Below, one piece after another: positions 27,105-36,298 of a DNA stretch of 46,911 nucleotides. The position numbers and the translations under genes are program-made. Source of the DNA: an uncultured Verrucomicrobiales bacterium (GTDB lineage Bacteria > Verrucomicrobiota > Verrucomicrobiia > Limisphaerales > Palsa-1400); NCBI GenBank assembly GCA_903898185.1, contig CAIUEN010000523.1:1-46911 (forward strand), given 5' to 3'. Under the pieces are notes generated by a model. It did no database searches. It was not told the DNA's origin and worked only from the letters and a program-made list of their open reading frames with translations. Numbering within the stretch: the first letter of the stretch is position 1; each line of letters starts with the position of its first letter.

Positions 27105-28892
27105 CTATTTCTGGTAGGCGGGGCGGTTGGTATAGCCGGTGTGCAGCAGCGACTCGGATTTGTGGCTGAGCGGTTTTTCCAGAAAGTCAGCGTAGAGTTG
27201 CTGAACGTAGGGGTTCTGGTGCGAGCAGCGCCAGAGTCCGGAGCCATCTTCGTGATAGAGTCCCTTGGCTCGGGCTTTGCGCAAAACGTCCGTCACCCCG
27301 TAAGGTTGGCCGCCGCCGCCGACGCAGCCGCCGGGACATGCCATCACCTCGATGAAGTGGTAGGGCATTTCAGCGCCTTTATCCTTGGCTTCGCGAACTT
27401 TGTTGATCACATATTCGACATTGCCCAGGCCGTGGGCAACCGCCACCCGGACTTTTGTCCCAACGATGTTGATCTCGCCTTCCTTGACGCCTTGAAGCCC
27501 GCGGACGACTTCAAACTCGAAACGAGGTGGGTTGCTGCCGGTAATCAGGTTGTAGGCAGTGCGCAAAGCGGCTTCCATGACGCCGCCGGTGGCGCCGAAG
27601 ATCGTGCCCGCGCCGGTGTAGGCACCCAGAATGTGATCGGGCTGATCGTCCGGAACGGTGATGAAGTCGATGCCTGATTGCTTGATCATGCGAGCCAGTT
27701 CGCGGGTGGTCAGGGAGACATCAACGTCTTGGAACCCGGATGCCTGCATTTCCTTGCTGCGACAGATTTCAAACTTCTTGGCGGTGCAAGGCATGATGGA
27801 CACCATGAATATCTTCGCCGGATTGAGCTTCATCTTCTGCGCGTAGTAAGTCTTGGCCAGCGCGCCAACCATGGCGTGGGGTGACTTGCATGTCGAGAAA
27901 TGCGGAATCATGTCGCCATGAAATTTCTCCATGAAATCAACCCAGGCCGGGCAGCAGGAGGTGATGAGAGGCAGAACCGATTTACCCTTCGTGAAGCGTT
28001 CGACGAACTCGCTGGCCTCCTCCACGATGGTGAGGTCCGCGCCGAAGTTGGTATCAAACACCGCTTTGAATCCCATGCGGCGCAGCGCGGCGTAGATTTT
28101 GCCCGTCAGGTTGGTGCCGGGCTCGAAGCCAAATGCTTCGCCAATGGCGACGCGGACAGCCGGGGCAATCTGCGCGACACAATAGGCGTGGGGATCGAGC
28201 AACTTGCTCCACACGGCCTCGGTCTCATCGTATTCGACAATGGCGCCTGTGGGACAGTGCGCGGAGCACTGACCGCAGCGCACGCAGGGAGAGTCGGCCA
28301 GATTGATGTCGCCGGCGGGGGCGATACGCGTCTCGATGCCGCGTTGCAGGAACGACAGCGCCCAGACATTTTGAATTTCCTGGCAGACTTGGATGCAGCG
28401 TCCGCAGGTGATGCACTTCTTGGGATCAAGCTTGATGGACAGTGTCGAAGTATCGGTGGGCAGTTGGGGCACGATGTTATCAAGTCCGTCCCAGACAAGG
28501 TTGAAATCCGCGGCCAGCGTTTGAAGTTCGCAATTCTGATTGCGCCCGCAGGTCAGGCACTGGTTGGGGTGTTTCGAGAGGATCAACTCCAGCACTGAGC
28601 GGCGGACTTGGATGATTTCGGGATCTTCGGTGGTGATGTCCATGCCGTCCTCAATGGGCGTGCAGCAGGCGCGCAGCATCTTGGGGGTGTTTTTGATGCG
28701 CACGATGCAGATGCCGCAGGCGGCGGTCGCGTCAAGATCCGGGTGTTTGCACAGTGTTGGAATTTTGACATGCACTTTGTGTCCGGCGTCGAGGATGGTG
28801 GTTCCCTGTTCGACTTGGACCGGCACTCCGTTGATAATTGCGTTAACCATGTTGACAGTTCTTTCAGGCGGTTCGAGTGAGTGATGGATCAT
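27105..28892 (-). CDS. hydA: [FeFe]-hydrogenase catalytic subunit, group A (HydA/HndD-like)
   Basis: 2Fe-2S (IPTLC..ACGIC..AC), His-ligated cluster (HPNQCLTC..NC), two CxxCxxC ferredoxin motifs; H-cluster P1 TSCCPAW, P2 MPCTAKKFE, P3 EVMACPGGCVGGGGQP. Confidence 0.96.
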   Translation of the reverse strand: MIHHSLEPPERTVNMVNAIINGVPVQVEQGTTILDAGHKVHVKIPTLCKHPDLDATAACGICIVRIKNTPKMLRACCTPIEDGMDITTEDPEIIQVRRSVLELILSKHPNQCLTCGRNQNCELQTLAADFNLVWDGLDNIVPQLPTDTSTLSIKLDPKKCITCGRCIQVCQEIQNVWALSFLQRGIETRIAPAGDINLADSPCVRCGQCSAHCPTGAIVEYDETEAVWSKLLDPHAYCVAQIAPAVRVAIGEAFGFEPGTNLTGKIYAALRRMGFKAVFDTNFGADLTIVEEASEFVERFTKGKSVLPLITSCCPAWVDFMEKFHGDMIPHFSTCKSPHAMVGALAKTYYAQKMKLNPAKIFMVSIMPCTAKKFEICRSKEMQASGFQDVDVSLTTRELARMIKQSGIDFITVPDDQPDHILGAYTGAGTIFGATGGVMEAALRTAYNLITGSNPPRFEFEVVRGLQGVKEGEINIVGTKVRVAVAHGLGNVEYVINKVREAKDKGAEMPYHFIEVMACPGGCVGGGGQPYGVTDVLRKARAKGLYHEDGSGLWRCSHQNPYVQQLYADFLEKPLSHKSESLLHTGYTNRPAYQK

Positions 28893-30583
28893 TTCCTTGC
28901 GATTCCCGGTTCTTTGCGGGCTGTTTTGGCGGCGGCGATACGTTCCATGAATTCCGGTTCAAAATATCGAAGCGCCGACAGGATGGGATTGGGAGCGGTC
29001 TGACCCAAGCCGCAGAGGGACGCCTTCTGCATGGCGTGAGCGATACGGCGCACGGTGGCGATGTCTCGCTCTGTGCCCTTGAGATCGGCGATACGATTGA
29101 GGGTGCGCAGAATCTGAGTGCCGCCAATCCGGCAGGGCGCGCATTTTCCGCATGATTCATCGACACAGAAGCCAAGGTAAAACCGCGAGAGTTCGACCAC
29201 GCTGTCGGTGTCGTCCATCACAATCATGCCGCCCGATCCCATGATTGAGCCCAGCGCCTGGAGATGCTCGTAGCTGACAGGAGTGTCAAGATGCTGCTCG
29301 GGAATCAGGCCACCCGAAGGGCCGCCCGTCTGCACGGCCTTGACGCGTCTGCCCGATGCGATGCCGCCGCATATTCCGTTTACCACTTCCCGCAGCGTTG
29401 TACCCATCGGAATTTCAACCAGGCCGGAGTTCTTGATTTTGCCGGTGACAGCGAAAACTTTGGTGCCGGTGGATTTACCAATGCCAATCGAGCCGAACCA
29501 CTTACCGCCGCGCACCAGGATCGGCGCGATGTTGGCCAGTGTTTCGACGTTGTTGATCATCGTCGGCATATTCCACAAACCTTTGACGGAGGGAAATGGA
29601 GGGCGCGGTCGAGGTGTGCCGCGTTTGCCTTCGACCGATGCGATGAGAGCCGTTTCTTCGCCGCAGACAAACGCTCCGGCGCCAAGGCGAATTTCGAGAT
29701 CGAATGAAAACTCGGTGCCCAGGATGTTCTTGCCAAGCAGTCCAGCAGCGCGCGCTTGGCGGATTGCTTTTTCGATGCGCTGGACGGCCAGCGGATATTC
29801 CGCGCGAATGTAAAACACGCCCTGGCGCGCGCCGATCACATAGCCGCCAATGATCATGCCTTCGATGATCGAGTGAGGATCGCCTTCGAGCACCGATCTA
29901 TCCATGTAAGCGCCGGGATCACCTTCGTCTCCGTTGCAAATGATGTAGTGCTCGTCGCCTTGGGCATCACGCGTCAACTGCCACTTGTGCCAGGTTGGAA
30001 AACCAGCGCCGCCGCGTCCGCGCAGTCCGCTGACCTTGAGTTCCTCAATAATCTGTTCGGACGTCATGCCCGAGAGCGCTTTCTGGAGCGCTTGGTAGCC
30101 CTCGCGCGCGATGTATTCGTCGATGCTTTCGGGATCAATCACGCCGCAATTGCGCAGAACGATGCGGTATTGCCTTGGCCCCGAAGCGCCAGGTGGCGTG
30201 GGAGTGTCGGATTTATCGTAAGCCACTGCCAGAGCCTCAATGGAGGGTACCAGGCGTTCGACGATCGGCTGGCTGCTCAGGACGTGTTCGTTAATGATTC
30301 GGCGCGCCAGTTCGGCATCGACGTTTCCATACATGGCTGCGGGCTGGCCGGGGATGCAGACTTCAACCAGCGGCTCCATGCTGCACATGCCAGCGCAGCC
30401 GGTACGAGAGATGAGGATGTTGGCAGATTTGGATTTTGCTTCTTCAACCAGCGTGTCAAATGCTAACACAGCTCCAGCGGCCACACCGCATGTGCTCATG
30501 CCGACTTTAATCGAAGGCTTGTCGAGTAACTGGGTGACTTTTGCGCGGTGCGCGTCCAGTTCTTGCGCTGTAAAACGTGGCAT
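28889..30583 (-). CDS. hydB: NuoF-like NADH/FMN-binding hydrogenase subunit with N-terminal thioredoxin-like 2Fe-2S domain
   Basis: TCG..GCAGMC, GLRGRGGAGFPT, DEGDPGAYMDR, GAFVCGEETAL, GGPSGG, ESCGKCAPCR..SLCGLG. Start ATG 30583 overlaps the upstream TAA. Confidence 0.92.
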   Translation of the reverse strand: MPRFTAQELDAHRAKVTQLLDKPSIKVGMSTCGVAAGAVLAFDTLVEEAKSKSANILISRTGCAGMCSMEPLVEVCIPGQPAAMYGNVDAELARRIINEHVLSSQPIVERLVPSIEALAVAYDKSDTPTPPGASGPRQYRIVLRNCGVIDPESIDEYIAREGYQALQKALSGMTSEQIIEELKVSGLRGRGGAGFPTWHKWQLTRDAQGDEHYIICNGDEGDPGAYMDRSVLEGDPHSIIEGMIIGGYVIGARQGVFYIRAEYPLAVQRIEKAIRQARAAGLLGKNILGTEFSFDLEIRLGAGAFVCGEETALIASVEGKRGTPRPRPPFPSVKGLWNMPTMINNVETLANIAPILVRGGKWFGSIGIGKSTGTKVFAVTGKIKNSGLVEIPMGTTLREVVNGICGGIASGRRVKAVQTGGPSGGLIPEQHLDTPVSYEHLQALGSIMGSGGMIVMDDTDSVVELSRFYLGFCVDESCGKCAPCRIGGTQILRTLNRIADLKGTERDIATVRRIAHAMQKASLCGLGQTAPNPILSALRYFEPEFMERIAAAKTARKEPGIARK

Positions 30584-31062
30584 TATTTCTCCGCTCCTTC
30601 CTTGATCTGGCAAATGTGCTCGACCGCGTCGTGCGGGTTCATCTTGGCCAGCAATTGTTCGTTGATGGTAACCACCGGCGCCAGCCCGCAGCAACCGATG
30701 CAGCGGACAATCTGCAGATGGAATTCGCCATTGGGCGTTGTCTCTCCGGATTTGATGCCGAGGTGTTTGGTGATGTCGTGGTAAATTCCCGGCGCGCCTT
30801 TTAAATAACACGCGGTGCCCATGCAGACGGAAACGACGTGTTTTCCGGGCGGCTTGAGTTTGAAGTAATTGTAGAAGGTTAGCACCTCATAAATGCGCGC
30901 CAGAGGCACGTCCATGTATTTGGCGAGTTTCATCGCCGACTCGCGAGGCACATAGCCATGGCGGCTTTGCAGGTCATGCAAGGCCATGATGAGGCTGCCG
31001 CGCGTGTTATTCCAGCGCTTGGCGATGACAGCGACGTCATCGACGACGGATGTATGTGTCAA
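30583..31062 (-). CDS. hydC: NuoE-like 2Fe-2S hydrogenase subunit
   Basis: TFYNYF, VCMGTAC..G, RCIGCCGLAP; TTG start with AGGAG RBS. Confidence 0.92.
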   Translation of the reverse strand: MTHTSVVDDVAVIAKRWNNTRGSLIMALHDLQSRHGYVPRESAMKLAKYMDVPLARIYEVLTFYNYFKLKPPGKHVVSVCMGTACYLKGAPGIYHDITKHLGIKSGETTPNGEFHLQIVRCIGCCGLAPVVTINEQLLAKMNPHDAVEHICQIKEGAEK

Positions 31063-31095
31063 GGTATTCTCCTGGGGTTGATGCTCATTGCCAAT

Positions 31096-33534
31096 TTATA
31101 ATCTGGCCCCTGCCCCCTGGCCAGGCACTCGTCCGATGTTCTGGAGCCGCTCGATCAGGCAGGCGTGACATTGCTCGGCGGTCTCCGTGATGCATGCTTT
31201 GTTGGGATAGATTTCGTAAAGTTTCCGATACTGAGTTGGCGTCAAGTTGGGCATCACAACGTTTGCGCCACGGCTCAGGCCCAATTCGCGTCCCTGTCGC
31301 GCATTGATCGTGGCCAGCGCTGTCGTGACCGGGAGATTGGCCGACGGACAAACCAACCGCGCCAAGGCAACGGTCTTGTAAACCATTTCTTCGGTGGCGG
31401 GCGCCTGGTCTTCCGGCGCAACGGCGCGCATCCACTCGCCTTTTCCCAGCGGCGTTGCCGGGTGCGGAATGAATGGACCAATGCCAATCATGTCGAGGTC
31501 CAGCCGCTGAAATGTCAAAATATCCTCCGCCAGGCTGGCATAGGTTTGGCCCGGAATGCCCACCATGACTCCCCCGCCGACTTCGTATCCGAGGGCGCGC
31601 AATTTTCTCAAGTTTGCGATGCGATCCGAAACGCGTCCCGGCAGCGGCGGATGAATGGCATCGTACAACTCACGATCTCTGGTTTCAAAACGGAGCAAAT
31701 ATCTGTCGGCTCCGGCTTGTTTCCAAGCGGCGAAATCCTCGTCTGAACGCTCGCCCAAACTCAGCGTCACGGCCAGCGGCGTTTCCTGTTTGATCTGGCG
31801 CGTGAGACTGGCGATGAACTCGCCGGTCAGCGCATAATCTTCGCCAGCCTGGAGCACAACAGTGCCATAGCCCATGCGCACGGCGTCGCGGACGCAGGCG
31901 AGAATTTCTGCGGCGCTCATGCGATAGCGTGTCAACGAGTTGTTTCCCGCGCGCAGACCACAGTAGCCGCATTGACGGACGCAGTGATTGGAAATTTCGA
32001 TCAGTCCGCGCAAGTGAACGGCAGGGCCAACGTTTTCCGCGCGAACCTTGTTGGCCTCGGCGTAAAGTTTTTCCAACTCGACCGCGCGAGTTTCGCGCAG
32101 CCACCCTTCAATCGAGGCAGCCGACATCAGACGGCTCAAACTCCCGGAAGCCGGAGTCTTCTGACGCATAGGCGCTAACTTAAAGGCATTGTTCCGTGGC
32201 GCGGGCGTCTCGCCTGCGGGTTCCGGCATCGTCTCGATGCACGGAGCAAAACCTTGGAGAACACGGGGCGGGGACGCCCCTTTAACCCGCAGCCGAGACG
32301 GCCGCGCTACGAGGCGTCGGCTGCCACGCGCAACCGTTAGCGCTTCCGGAAACGGACTCAACGCGCGCTCGAATATCCCAAGGCTATATGCAATGACCAA
32401 TCCATAATTGGTTATTGGCACGCCAGCCCGGCGGCATTTCATAATCCGGCTGAGCACCTCGCGCCGGTTCGACATACATGCCCCGCAGTGAATGACCAGC
32501 TTGAAGCCGGACAGATCGTCTGGAAAATCGCGGCCCTGCACATTCTTGAATTCCAACGGACCACCAACGTATTGCGTGAGCCAGAGTGGAATCTTGACGC
32601 GCCCGATGTCCTCTCCAATGGGATGATGAGTGCATGCTTCGGCCACCAAAATCCGGTCGCCTGGAACCAACCGGTCCACCGCAATCGCGCCCCTGACCTG
32701 TTCCACCAGGTCGCCCTTGAAACGGGAGAATAGAATCGAGAAACTTGTCAGCCATATCTCCGGCGGCGTATCGGCGGCCACTTTCAAAAATGCCTGAGAA
32801 TCAGTAACCACCAATTTGGGCGGCGCTTTCAGACGATTTAACGCCGCGCTCAAGTCGCTCTCTTTGACAACCATGCATAGCGAGTCGCCATCAAGCAAAT
32901 CACGGATGCTCTGGACTTGCGGCAGAATCAGCCTGCCTTTGGGCGCCTCTTTGTCAATTGGCACCACGAGCACGGCCAATTCGCCCGGCCCCACAAGATC
33001 GCGAAGAATCGCCGTGTTTTCGACAAATTCAGCCGGGGCAGTTTTGAGAATCGCCTCGCGCAATTCCGAAATTCCCGCTCCACTGCTCGCCACGGTTTGC
33101 GCAATCGCAACTGTTTTGAGCTTTTGCAGTAATTCCGCATCCGGCTTGGCGAGATCGCACTTGTTGAACACCACCACGACGGGTATTTTGCGCTGGGAAA
33201 ACTCGCTGAGGAGTTGTTCTTCAAAATCGCCCCACTGACCTGCCGCAGCCACAAGAATGCCCAAATCTGCATGATCAAAGACTGATTGGGTTTTGCGCGC
33301 CCGCAAAGCGCCCAGAACGCCTGTGTCGTCAATGCCCGCCGTGTCAATAAATAGAACCGGCCCGAGGGGCAGCAGCTCCATTGGTTTCTCAACCGGATCA
33401 GTTGTGGTGCCGGCGATTTCCGAAACAATCGAAACGTCCTGTCGCGCAATGGCGTTGAGGAGGCTTGATTTTCCAACATTGCGCCGCCCGAAAATTCCAA
33501 TATGGAGGCGCATTCCTTTGGGCGTGGATGTCAT
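31096..33534 (-). CDS. Single ORF fusing H-cluster maturation GTPase HydF (N-terminal) and radical SAM HydE (C-terminal, from about ATG 32127)
   Basis: HydF: GRRNVGKSS, GTTTDPV, DTAG, NKCD, EACTHH, HCGAC. HydE: LRGLIEISNHCVRQCGYC, GANVVMPN, YEIYP. Start ATG 33534 with AAGGAG RBS. Confidence 0.88.
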   Translation of the reverse strand: MTSTPKGMRLHIGIFGRRNVGKSSLLNAIARQDVSIVSEIAGTTTDPVEKPMELLPLGPVLFIDTAGIDDTGVLGALRARKTQSVFDHADLGILVAAAGQWGDFEEQLLSEFSQRKIPVVVVFNKCDLAKPDAELLQKLKTVAIAQTVASSGAGISELREAILKTAPAEFVENTAILRDLVGPGELAVLVVPIDKEAPKGRLILPQVQSIRDLLDGDSLCMVVKESDLSAALNRLKAPPKLVVTDSQAFLKVAADTPPEIWLTSFSILFSRFKGDLVEQVRGAIAVDRLVPGDRILVAEACTHHPIGEDIGRVKIPLWLTQYVGGPLEFKNVQGRDFPDDLSGFKLVIHCGACMSNRREVLSRIMKCRRAGVPITNYGLVIAYSLGIFERALSPFPEALTVARGSRRLVARPSRLRVKGASPPRVLQGFAPCIETMPEPAGETPAPRNNAFKLAPMRQKTPASGSLSRLMSAASIEGWLRETRAVELEKLYAEANKVRAENVGPAVHLRGLIEISNHCVRQCGYCGLRAGNNSLTRYRMSAAEILACVRDAVRMGYGTVVLQAGEDYALTGEFIASLTRQIKQETPLAVTLSLGERSDEDFAAWKQAGADRYLLRFETRDRELYDAIHPPLPGRVSDRIANLRKLRALGYEVGGGVMVGIPGQTYASLAEDILTFQRLDLDMIGIGPFIPHPATPLGKGEWMRAVAPEDQAPATEEMVYKTVALARLVCPSANLPVTTALATINARQGRELGLSRGANVVMPNLTPTQYRKLYEIYPNKACITETAEQCHACLIERLQNIGRVPGQGAGARL
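32196..32310. repeat. GTAG-type REP doublet inside the hydF-hydE linker
   Basis: 27-bp arms gtggcgcgggcgtctcgcctgcgggtt / aacccgcagccgagacggccgcgctac (3 mismatches), enclosing two small hairpins. Confidence 0.8.
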
Positions 33535-33571
33535 TATTGTTCGTCTCCTTTGGTTGGCATCCTGTTGAAAA

Positions 33572-34972
33572 TTACACAAAAACATCGCGATGTCCGCTCT
33601 TCACACGGGACACCATTTTTTCGCACTTTTGGCGCGGAACCGGTGACATTGTTTCCATCATCGCCTGTATCCTTTTCTCCCCTTCGGCGCGGGTTTGCGG
33701 CGTGGCGTAGTCGCAAAGATACTCCTGGAAAGTGCTCAGCCCGTTGGGCTCGCAGTGTTTTTTGATTTCGCCCGGTTTGGCAAGGTCCATAAAATCCCGT
33801 CCCGTGCGTCCCATCCGGTAACAGCCAGTGCAGAACGAGGGGATGAATCCCATCCGCACGGCGTCCAGCACGACTTCATCCAAAGGCCGGTGATCGCCCA
33901 ACTGAAACTGGCTTGTGTCCTGGCCGCTTTGGTGGCTGGTGTAGCCGCCGGGATCGGTACGGCTGCCCGCCGAGATTTGCGAAACGCCCAGTTGCAGTGT
34001 TTGGTTTCGCAGTTCCGAAGATTCGCGCGTGGACATAATAATCCCCGTGTAAGGCACGGCGATTCTCAAAATGGCCACCAGTTTTAGAAAGTCCTGGTCG
34101 CTCACCGCAAACGGCGGACGGCTGGCCACGTTCGATCCCGCCGCCAACTCCATGCGGGGCACGCTGATTGTGTGCGGTCCGACGCCAAACACATCTTCCA
34201 GATGCCGCGCGTGTTGGAGAAGGCTCAGCAATTCGAAACGCCAGTCGTAAAGCCCAAACAAAGCGCCGATGCCCACGTCGCCAATGCCAGCCTCCATCGC
34301 GCGGTCCATCGCCTCCAGTCGCCAGTGATAATCCCGCTTTGGACCGGCCAAATGATGCTGGCGGTAGGTCTCTTCATGGTAGGTCTCCTGAAAAAGCTGG
34401 TAGGTGCCGATATTTTCCGCTTTGAGCTGCCGAAATTGATCCACGGACAGAGGCGCAATGTTCACATTGACCCGCCGGATCTCACCGTTGCCGACCTTTG
34501 TCGCGTAAATCGTGCGGATGGATTCCAAAACATAATGGATGTTCTTGCCAGCGCCGAATTCCTCACCAGCAACCAGCAGTAACCGCTTGTGCCCTTGCGA
34601 CACGAGCGCCTTCACTTCTTCGGCGATTTCGGCCTGTGTCAGGGTGCGGCGGCGCAGCGCCAGGTTCTCGCGGCGAAAGCCACAGTAAGCGCATTCGTTT
34701 AAACAAGCGTTGGAAATGTAGAGCGGAGCAAAGAGCACCAACCGCGAGCCATAAATCTCATCCTTAACCCGGCGCGCGGCAACATGCAGCTCGTGCAATA
34801 ACGCCATATCCTCCACGCGGAGCAAGAAAACAACCTCTTCCAATTCAAGTCCGCGCAACTCGCCCGCTTTGGCCAGGATTTCACGCACGCGGCTCCCATC
34901 GGGCATAGCGGCTGACCGCAGGAGAGTCTGCGTTTGGGCATTGCTGACAAAATCAACGATGGCGCTACTCAT
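33572..34972 (-). CDS. hydG: [FeFe]-hydrogenase H-cluster radical SAM maturase HydG
   Basis: FAPLY.SN.CLNECAYC, GEIRRVNVN, LFQETY, GPHTISVPR, auxiliary SFCTGCYR..C; start ATG 34972 with GAGG RBS. Confidence 0.95.
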   Translation of the reverse strand: MSSAIVDFVSNAQTQTLLRSAAMPDGSRVREILAKAGELRGLELEEVVFLLRVEDMALLHELHVAARRVKDEIYGSRLVLFAPLYISNACLNECAYCGFRRENLALRRRTLTQAEIAEEVKALVSQGHKRLLLVAGEEFGAGKNIHYVLESIRTIYATKVGNGEIRRVNVNIAPLSVDQFRQLKAENIGTYQLFQETYHEETYRQHHLAGPKRDYHWRLEAMDRAMEAGIGDVGIGALFGLYDWRFELLSLLQHARHLEDVFGVGPHTISVPRMELAAGSNVASRPPFAVSDQDFLKLVAILRIAVPYTGIIMSTRESSELRNQTLQLGVSQISAGSRTDPGGYTSHQSGQDTSQFQLGDHRPLDEVVLDAVRMGFIPSFCTGCYRMGRTGRDFMDLAKPGEIKKHCEPNGLSTFQEYLCDYATPQTRAEGEKRIQAMMETMSPVPRQKCEKMVSRVKSGHRDVFV

Positions 34973-35032
34973 AAAACCTCTTAAAGCTTGCTTCAAAAGC
35001 GGCAGCCGACGCAAGGATGCTCTGAGGGTCGC

Positions 35033-35432
35033 CAGCCATTCTCATTATGGCAGGTAACAAGAATATCCAATCAATGGAAGATTCCTGCCTTCCGGGCCTT
35101 GCTCATGACAGGGATTGAATATCCAATATCGAACAAGGAATGTCCAATAATGAAGTGAAAAAGCGTTCCAACCCGAATTCAGTTCCAGTGCAGCAGAGGA
35201 GTTCGCGAAATTGTGCGACATAATAGAAAGAGCAAAACAGCAGGCAGGATTGATGATGTTGGAGTGGGTTCACCTTCCGCGTTCCGTGTTCTGCGGTTTC
35301 AATTGCCAATTCCAGGTTTGACGGCTCCCCACTTCATTATTGGACATTCCTTGTTCGATATTGGATATTCGGGCAGAAACTTTCCTCTGCATATTGGGTA
35401 TTCTTGCTTGCCTGCCATAATGAGAATTGCTG
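35033..35432. mobile_element. Complete 400-bp MITE-like family C element with nested inverted repeats
   Basis: Outer TIR cagccattctcattatggcagg.. / ..cctgccataatgagaattgctg; perfect 41-bp inner IR at 35117-35157 / 35330-35370; flanks gagggtcgc / gaggggtgc. Confidence 0.85.
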
Positions 35433-35542
35433 GAGGGGTGCCAGCCATTCTTTGCGGCCATGTCGGCTGATTTGCACTCAAGAAACATTCAAAAGTGAAC
35501 TTTTGTGTACTATTTTTGTACCAAAATTCATTTTATGAGCGT

Positions 35543-36298
35543 TCATTTTAGGGCTTGGCAGTCCGGTGCTGAACCTGACGATGGCGCACGGGGGCACACA
35601 AGCCCGAACACGAGGTAGTCCTTTGCTTGAACGACCAAGGCGTCTTTCCGCTTCTGCCAGTCGGGCATCGCTCGACCAAGGGTGTTCCAAAAAGCAGGCC
35701 CGTGGTGGCCTTCGACCAAGTGAATCAGTTCATGCATGATGATGTAGTCCACCAACCGCACGGGCAACTGAAGAACTTTCCAGTTAAAAAGAACAACGCC
35801 ACTCTGGCTGCACGAGCCCCAGCGAAATCCCAAGTCGCGAACTTTGATTCGTTCCGGTTTGCGGGCGGTATGCAGTGAGAGCTGTTCGACCCGACGACGA
35901 AGCCAATCGGTGCCCGTGAGCAGATACCAGCGCCGGAAATGTTCCTCTGCCGGGCGGGCATCGCGTCGAAGAATGAACCGTGTGCCATCAAATTGGAGCG
36001 GATGCTCCTGTTTTGCCACAACCTTGAGTCCAAAGCGACGGCCCAAATAGCAAAACGCCTCCCCGGAAACGTATTCCGGCGCTTGCACCTTGGGAGCAAC
36101 TTCATCCTTTAGTGATAATTTGCGATGCACCCAAAGCAGTTTCTTGGTGATCCATCGATTGAGTTCTTCAACTGAAGTTTCAGATGGAGCGTGTGCAACC
36201 AACTCTCCAGCACGATCGACCGTCAGGCCGAGCGTTTTCCGCAAGTCGCTTCGGCGCACCTCAAAGACGAGGCCGCTGATATGAATCGTCTCTGTCAT
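35543..36298 (-). CDS. M48/YgjP (DUF45)-family metal-dependent hydrolase associated with type I RM
   Basis: RWGSCS, NWK, DYIIMHELIH..HGPAFW; ATGA overlap with the hsdR stop. Confidence 0.85.
   Translation of the reverse strand: MTETIHISGLVFEVRRSDLRKTLGLTVDRAGELVAHAPSETSVEELNRWITKKLLWVHRKLSLKDEVAPKVQAPEYVSGEAFCYLGRRFGLKVVAKQEHPLQFDGTRFILRRDARPAEEHFRRWYLLTGTDWLRRRVEQLSLHTARKPERIKVRDLGFRWGSCSQSGVVLFNWKVLQLPVRLVDYIIMHELIHLVEGHHGPAFWNTLGRAMPDWQKRKDALVVQAKDYLVFGLVCPRAPSSGSAPDCQALK

Noticed and set aside
30584-30811. N-terminal extension of the NuoF-like ORF in the track
   Set aside because: It overlaps hydC in another frame; ATG 30583 has an RBS and a TAATG overlap. Similar over-extensions were trimmed for nfnA, lysC, hydG, hydF, the PLD gene and the M48 gene.
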